Assembly: GCA_002269645.1 (NCBI GenBank)
Contig: NIVC01001747.1
Location: 62,001-126,000, forward strand
From: Macrostomum lignano
Lineage: Eukaryota
Reading direction: 5' to 3'
DNA: 64,000 bases
Of this stretch, positions 47,801 to 64,000 are shown in pieces (within the stretch, counting starts at the first letter, position 1; each line of letters begins with the position of its first letter). The notes under the pieces were generated by a model, which made no database searches, was not told the origin of the DNA, and saw nothing but the letters and a program-made list of their open reading frames with translations. The position numbers and the translations under genes are program-made.

Positions 47801-48594
47801 ACGCTGCGTATCGGTGGCTCTGAGCGCGCGGTAGTAGCACCACGTTGGCCGCTTCGGCGGACGGTAGAGCGTCCAACAGTATGTAATTAATTATATAGGG
47901 TTTGAAATTAAAAATTGCATTCACGACATTTCCAGCTTCCTCAACTCGGGCCTCTCAGGCGGTGCAGTTGGCATGGGTGGGGGCTGCATAACTGCATAAT
48001 TAGCCGCTCATTAAAATCAAGTTGGCATCTGCCAATAGACTACCCTTTGCTATGGGTAAGGCATTGCAACGCGGGCTTAATTGGTGGTGACAATTGAGCC
48101 AATGCATGTTCTATTGAATAAAGACGAAAGCTCAGTAGAAGTTATGGTATAAAGAGGAGGGACATTGCTGTTGGGTCAAACTAGGGAATAAAAGTTAAAT
48201 GTGCTGAGTCAGAGCAACTCAGGACTGCCTGTCTTTTAAATTTTAGATTTTAATGATTATATTGACCGAAGTAGCTTAGCCAGTCAGCAGCACTATTTCA
48301 TGCTAACAAAATGAAATGATTGTATCGATAAACTGGATATCTCGATAAAAACAATTTAATCCCACAGGGTTAGCAAGTACCACCGAGGAAAGACACTAGG
48401 ACAAACAATGTCTCGGGGAATATCGGAGCAAAAGCAGGATACGCAAAATAAATGTAAATGTTTGTCTAAAACAAAATTATTTTTTAAAAAGACGCAGCTC
48501 AAGACTATCAGCAGTAGTTTGTTTGTGGTAGTTTGAACAAAAATTTGAAGTTTTGAAGAAATATAAAAGTGAAAATCAACATAGATTATATTCT

Positions 48595-48885
48595 TTCGAC
48601 GCGTTTCGGTCCAACTAGGGCCATCTTCAGGTCTGTTATATTTTTAGTCACACAACAACTTTTATAAGAGATAAGCGAACAAATGTTTACTGTACAGTCC
48701 AAGGGGCATATCATGGGCAGAGAATTTTCAAAGTAAATGAGCAGAGATCACGGGTACATTGTTCAGGTTTGTGCCTTCACTTAGAAAACCTTGAGCAAAT
48801 GGCCCGCACCACAATGGGAGAGCTGAATATTCAGGTTTGGTTTTTGGTTTTTAATGTACATGGATTCAAGTATATTAAGCCTAAA
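48595..48885 (-). mobile_element. Penelope-like element 3' remnant (GIY-YIG C-terminus + hammerhead-like motif)
   Basis: LNILESMYIKNQKPNLNIQ is the typical end of the Penelope GIY-YIG endonuclease. It is followed by CTGAAGA...GAAACGCGTC at 48633-48598. Confidence 0.7.
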
Positions 48886-48894
48886 GTCAGTCCC

Positions 48895-49130
48895 AGTCCC
48901 CTCTCTCTTCTTCCCCTCTCTCCTATCTTCCCTCAATCTCCCCTGTCCCTCTCTCCTCTCTCCCTTCTCTCCCCTATCTTCTCTTCTCCCTCCTCTCTCC
49001 TCTCTTACCTCTCTCTTCGCCCCTCTCCTCTCTCCCCTCTCTCTTCTCTCTTTTCTCATCTGTCCCCTTTTTCCTCATCTTGTCTTGTTTCTTATCTATT
49101 CTACTCCATCTCCTTTCCTCTCTCGTCTGG
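48895..49130. repeat. CT/GA-rich low-complexity tract
   Basis: Almost pure pyrimidine on the + strand. Confidence 0.85.
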
Positions 49131-51868
49131 CCCATAGCCATGAGCTGGATTCTTCATCCGGTCCTTGCGGTAAAAAAGTTTGATGAACGAATAATTCTTA
49201 AATACACTGAAAAAATTGTTTGAATCTGATTGACACACTCTATAGAGCCATAAGTACTATTGCCAATCCTTAAAACTGGAGCGTGTTATTTTTATAAGCA
49301 AGTGCAGGGCATAGTTAAGCTAGGGACAATTTTAGTTATAGACGAGACTTCTTTCTTGTCTAGAAGTCCTTGAGTTAAGCATTTGCATGAGTTTTGAACT
49401 TGTTACAAAAAACTACCTAAGCTCGACGGCGAGTAGTCAAAGTACTTTGTTGTTACTGTGTTCTATGAGTTCTATTGGCGTACTGTTTAAAAAGCTGCTT
49501 ACCGCTTCGAAAGAATTCACCTGTTTTACTTTTTTGAACAGTCAGTCAAGTCTAGTAGAGCAGTCTTGCCCCAAGCATTTTCAGTGCTCCAATCGGTAAG
49601 CCAGTAAAGCTAGTGGAATTTTTTCTACAGCAGCCTTCATCAGAGCCGTAGAGGAATTACAGATCCGTGTGATTGGTGAATGTCCCAGCTGATAGCATAG
49701 CTTTGAAGTCAATGAGGGGCTCATGGAAGACTTTAGATGTTGAATCCAGCCTCATAGCTTTGAATCTGTCTTGTCGCTATTATCAGCAGTGCGCCCGCGG
49801 AACTCGTCAGACAGGTCTTCGCAGTTGTCAAACTTCAGAAGCTTATGTAGTTTGATCTCTCTGGCCACAACTGCTTTAGACTGGCGCTCTGATCCTTTTC
49901 CTGGGGTTTATTTTGAAAAATAAAAAAACTACACTGCACACTCACGGTCGTTTTGATTTCTCTACATTATTTACTGGTTTTCCCTTCAATTCAATACACA
50001 CCGACGTCGACATTTACATCACATCGACGGATAAGGGCTACTAGTATTGGCCTGCCAGCTGTTTAGCCCGTCGGAGAAGGGCCGCAGTCTGGTTGAGGCT
50101 GAACGTCGATGAAATGTAAAAGTACGTATCTGTCATCGACATCGGCCTAAATACGTCGGATTGCTTTATACGGGAATGTACGGGAATGTATGAGTATAAC
50201 AAATATTGTGAATTAACGTGAGTTATTTTTTGTACAACATGCAATTTTGTTTCGTCTGATAGCTCACTCATTTTTGATAGGGGATTAGAACTATTGTTGG
50301 ACTTAGTTTACGAGCTAGTTTACATGTAATTTTATTAGCGCGTACATTTGGTTGGTTAGTTGTAGCTAATTAGCTTTAGCTTTATCATTGACCTTGTTTG
50401 AATTGCAAACCGTATTCGAAAACTAACAAATACAAGAAATTCATCAATCTTTGAATACTTTCGTTACAATATAGCTATTTATCGCCACATATACAAAACT
50501 TAACGATGGGACAACTGGACAAATAATACAACTGGCTGAAGCACGTATTCTTCTTTCTGATTCCTGAGATATATATCATACTAATGTACAAAACAGGCAG
50601 GCGTAATCTCAGCATTCAAAGAAAACACTAACAAGTTTGAGCTCAGAATCCATGTACATTGTGATGCTTGTATGCGTAATATATTATTAGCGATATAACT
50701 TTTTTTATTTCACAACAACAAACGGCAGACTTTCATTTGAAGCGGGCTTTGCACAAATATTCATCCTAATGTCTTAACGTTAAAACTAACTTCGATACAA
50801 AAAACAGTTAAAAAATTGCTTAGGATTGACATACAAAAATATGTGTATGAATCTACAAATTCATTTTAATGTATTGCAATTTTTTCATCAAATATCAATA
50901 TTCTAATTATAGAAAACGAAAAAAGTTGACATAATTTAAATTTTTAAGCCGTGGAATGAATCTAAACAGTTGCGAGCGTGAACTTGAAGCTGAGTTGCCG
51001 CTAACATCGACCCAATCGAGCATGCTTTAGTGGACAAGACACTTTGCTAAATAGATGTGCGACTGCAGTATTCGTTCTCTTTGATTTATAAGCAAGCTTA
51101 GCTCTACGTGTGTGTACATGCTTTTTTTTAAGTTTTCTAATAATAAGAAGGGGGCGCTAGAATTCGCGCGACTAGATTTTGAACTACGAGTAACTGGAAT
51201 CCTAGCGACTGAATTTCGCGGGAATGTATTTAAACACATTTACACCAACAAATACTCCTATCTAAACCCTCTAACTCAAATCCAATTGCGCGAATTCTAG
51301 CGTCCCCTTAAGAAGCTTAGCTTGTGAGTAAATTTTAAAGCCCTAAACTAAGCTGTGGAGCATCCATAACACAAATTAATTCGTAGAATCTCTTTTAAAT
51401 AAGACCAGCTAGAAATGATGCAATTAAGCAATTTCATACCGTAGCGAAATTCAAAAAATGCTACTTAGAATGAATACTAATTAGTAGTATATGCACATTA
51501 AACTTACTACATTGTTTTCAAAACTGAGAATGCTTGAAAGTCAAAGCCAGTACGAGCTAATGAATATATACAAAAGTACAAGCAAAATACGCATCCTAGA
51601 ACAGAGCATTGTGACCCATCTGGATATGCAAAATACAATTTACTACCTTAGTTCAAATATTTTTTTTTGTTTTCTTTGAAGGTAAGCGTCATTCTACTTT
51701 AATTATCTGTACTACAGTAAGCAGAGAGTTGTTATTACTGCCATCTGAGTCTTTAATAACAATCACCAGGTAAATTGTGTTCAGTGGATAAGATAAAAAG
51801 CACATTATACTTTTAAGCGAATGAGAAGGTGTTTTGTGAACCAATTCAGATGTTAAAAGCACGCTTTT

Positions 51869-62769
<10,901 letters not shown>

Positions 62770-64000
62770 CTGAAGGGGTGGGGTGGGGGAGAAATACAGT
62801 AGAGACGGTAAGTGTGTTATTACGATGTTCGACTTTGAAAGAAACGTCATAATTACAAAGTGAGATAATAATTTGTTTTTCCTTTTTTGACCCTTAAATT
62901 TGTCGTGTGAAAATTGTTTCAAAATAATAAATTATTTACGAAAAATAGACGAATTCGGGCTACAAAAAAAGTACACAAAAGAGAGACTGGAACAGGTGAC
63001 ATTTCGCAGAAACTTTGCTTAAGAACCAAAAGTGCAATCAACCGTGGACTAAATCACACAAACTTGAGAAGGTGAGGCAATCTTAATTCAGTGAAATGCA
63101 TGCAGCCTTTTCCGGAACTTGCACAAATTTAAAGCCTGACGTAGTTTAAAGTGCATCGAATGATAAAGTTGTAAATTTTGATGCAGACTTTGTACTTTTG
63201 AATAAGCATTGGTCCGAACTCGAGTTCTTATCTCGATGTCAGCTTGGTAGCTTAGCCTTCACACTACTAGTAGAGGTACAATGCTCAATATTCACCCACT
63301 GATGGTGCAGCACGAATCAACACAGCCATTCAGTCAGTCAGTCAGCCCAGTCGTATATCACCAGCTATGCAAACTATGAGCACTTAGTGAGACGTAGAAT
63401 TTTTGAATATCGAATGGAAATTCCCTGTAGTAGCTAAGGGCACACACAGACTGTCGGGGCAATTAAATTACCATCTGGCAGTGGGCATGATGGTTGCATT
63501 TTTTAAACCCAACTGAGCTGCAGTGCAAGCAGTCTGAGCAGCTCATTGCAGCAGTTAAAGCACAAATTATTAATGCCAACACCAGTGGAGAGCTAGTGAC
63601 AGAGGACGCGGGGACATCCTAAAAGTGGACGGCAAAATGGTCAATGCATTGGCCTTGCCGTGCGGACAACAGCAAATGCAGAACTTTATCTGGAGCGCGC
63701 ACGGCTGCAAACCCGGCCAATACAGATTTTACTAGCCAAATCAGCTCTCTGCACATGTACTGCATGTAGAGCTGTTAAAAAACTCCGTCTTCCTTCCTTA
63801 CCGCCATCGCCATAAAAAGTGGCTAAGCCATGGTGACCCCTGCTTGTGCCCGGAAGGCATAAAACCGGTACGATACTCGTTAAGTCCTTGTCTATACACA
63901 GCGCGAATCGGCATCATAACATTGGGGAAGCGCCGGAAGACAGTTTTCTAGATAAGTCTCGTTTCTTTTGAAATAAGTGTAGCGTTGGTCTGACTCAACT

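Noticed and set aside
49673-49855. KTLDVESSL resembling a Penelope RT motif (SLDVESLF)
   Set aside because: A single short motif without supporting downstream RT motifs.

Overview
Eukaryotic, intron-containing, repeat-rich genomic DNA from an animal. Its style suggests a free-living flatworm such as Macrostomum, which is inference and unverified. The main result is a tandem pair of genes at about 2.7-9.4 kb and 14.4-18.6 kb. The ORF track splits each into unrelated pieces, but phase-compatible GT-AG splice sites conserved in both copies join them into one protein: [variable array of 33-aa ankyrin-like repeats]-[canonical ankyrin repeats]-[Mab-21/cGAS-like nucleotidyltransferase with GS, SDxD and third Asp intact]-[helical C-terminal domain]. 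These look like ankyrin-array cGAS-like receptors (cGLRs) with diversified sensor modules (10 vs 5 repeats). Other genes: a THAP-domain ORF, a WSC-domain exon, a secreted PAN-like/C-type lectin, a frameshifted DEG/ENaC N-terminus, and eight exons of a receptor guanylyl cyclase on the minus strand (5' end not identified). A 15-kb head-to-tail array of Helitron/Helentron-like non-autonomous units (24.9-40.0 kb) contains nascent satellites and tRNA-derived segments. Also present: a solo LTR; Gypsy, DIRS, RTE and Penelope remnants; hammerhead-like motifs; a SINE; and many mini- and microsatellites.
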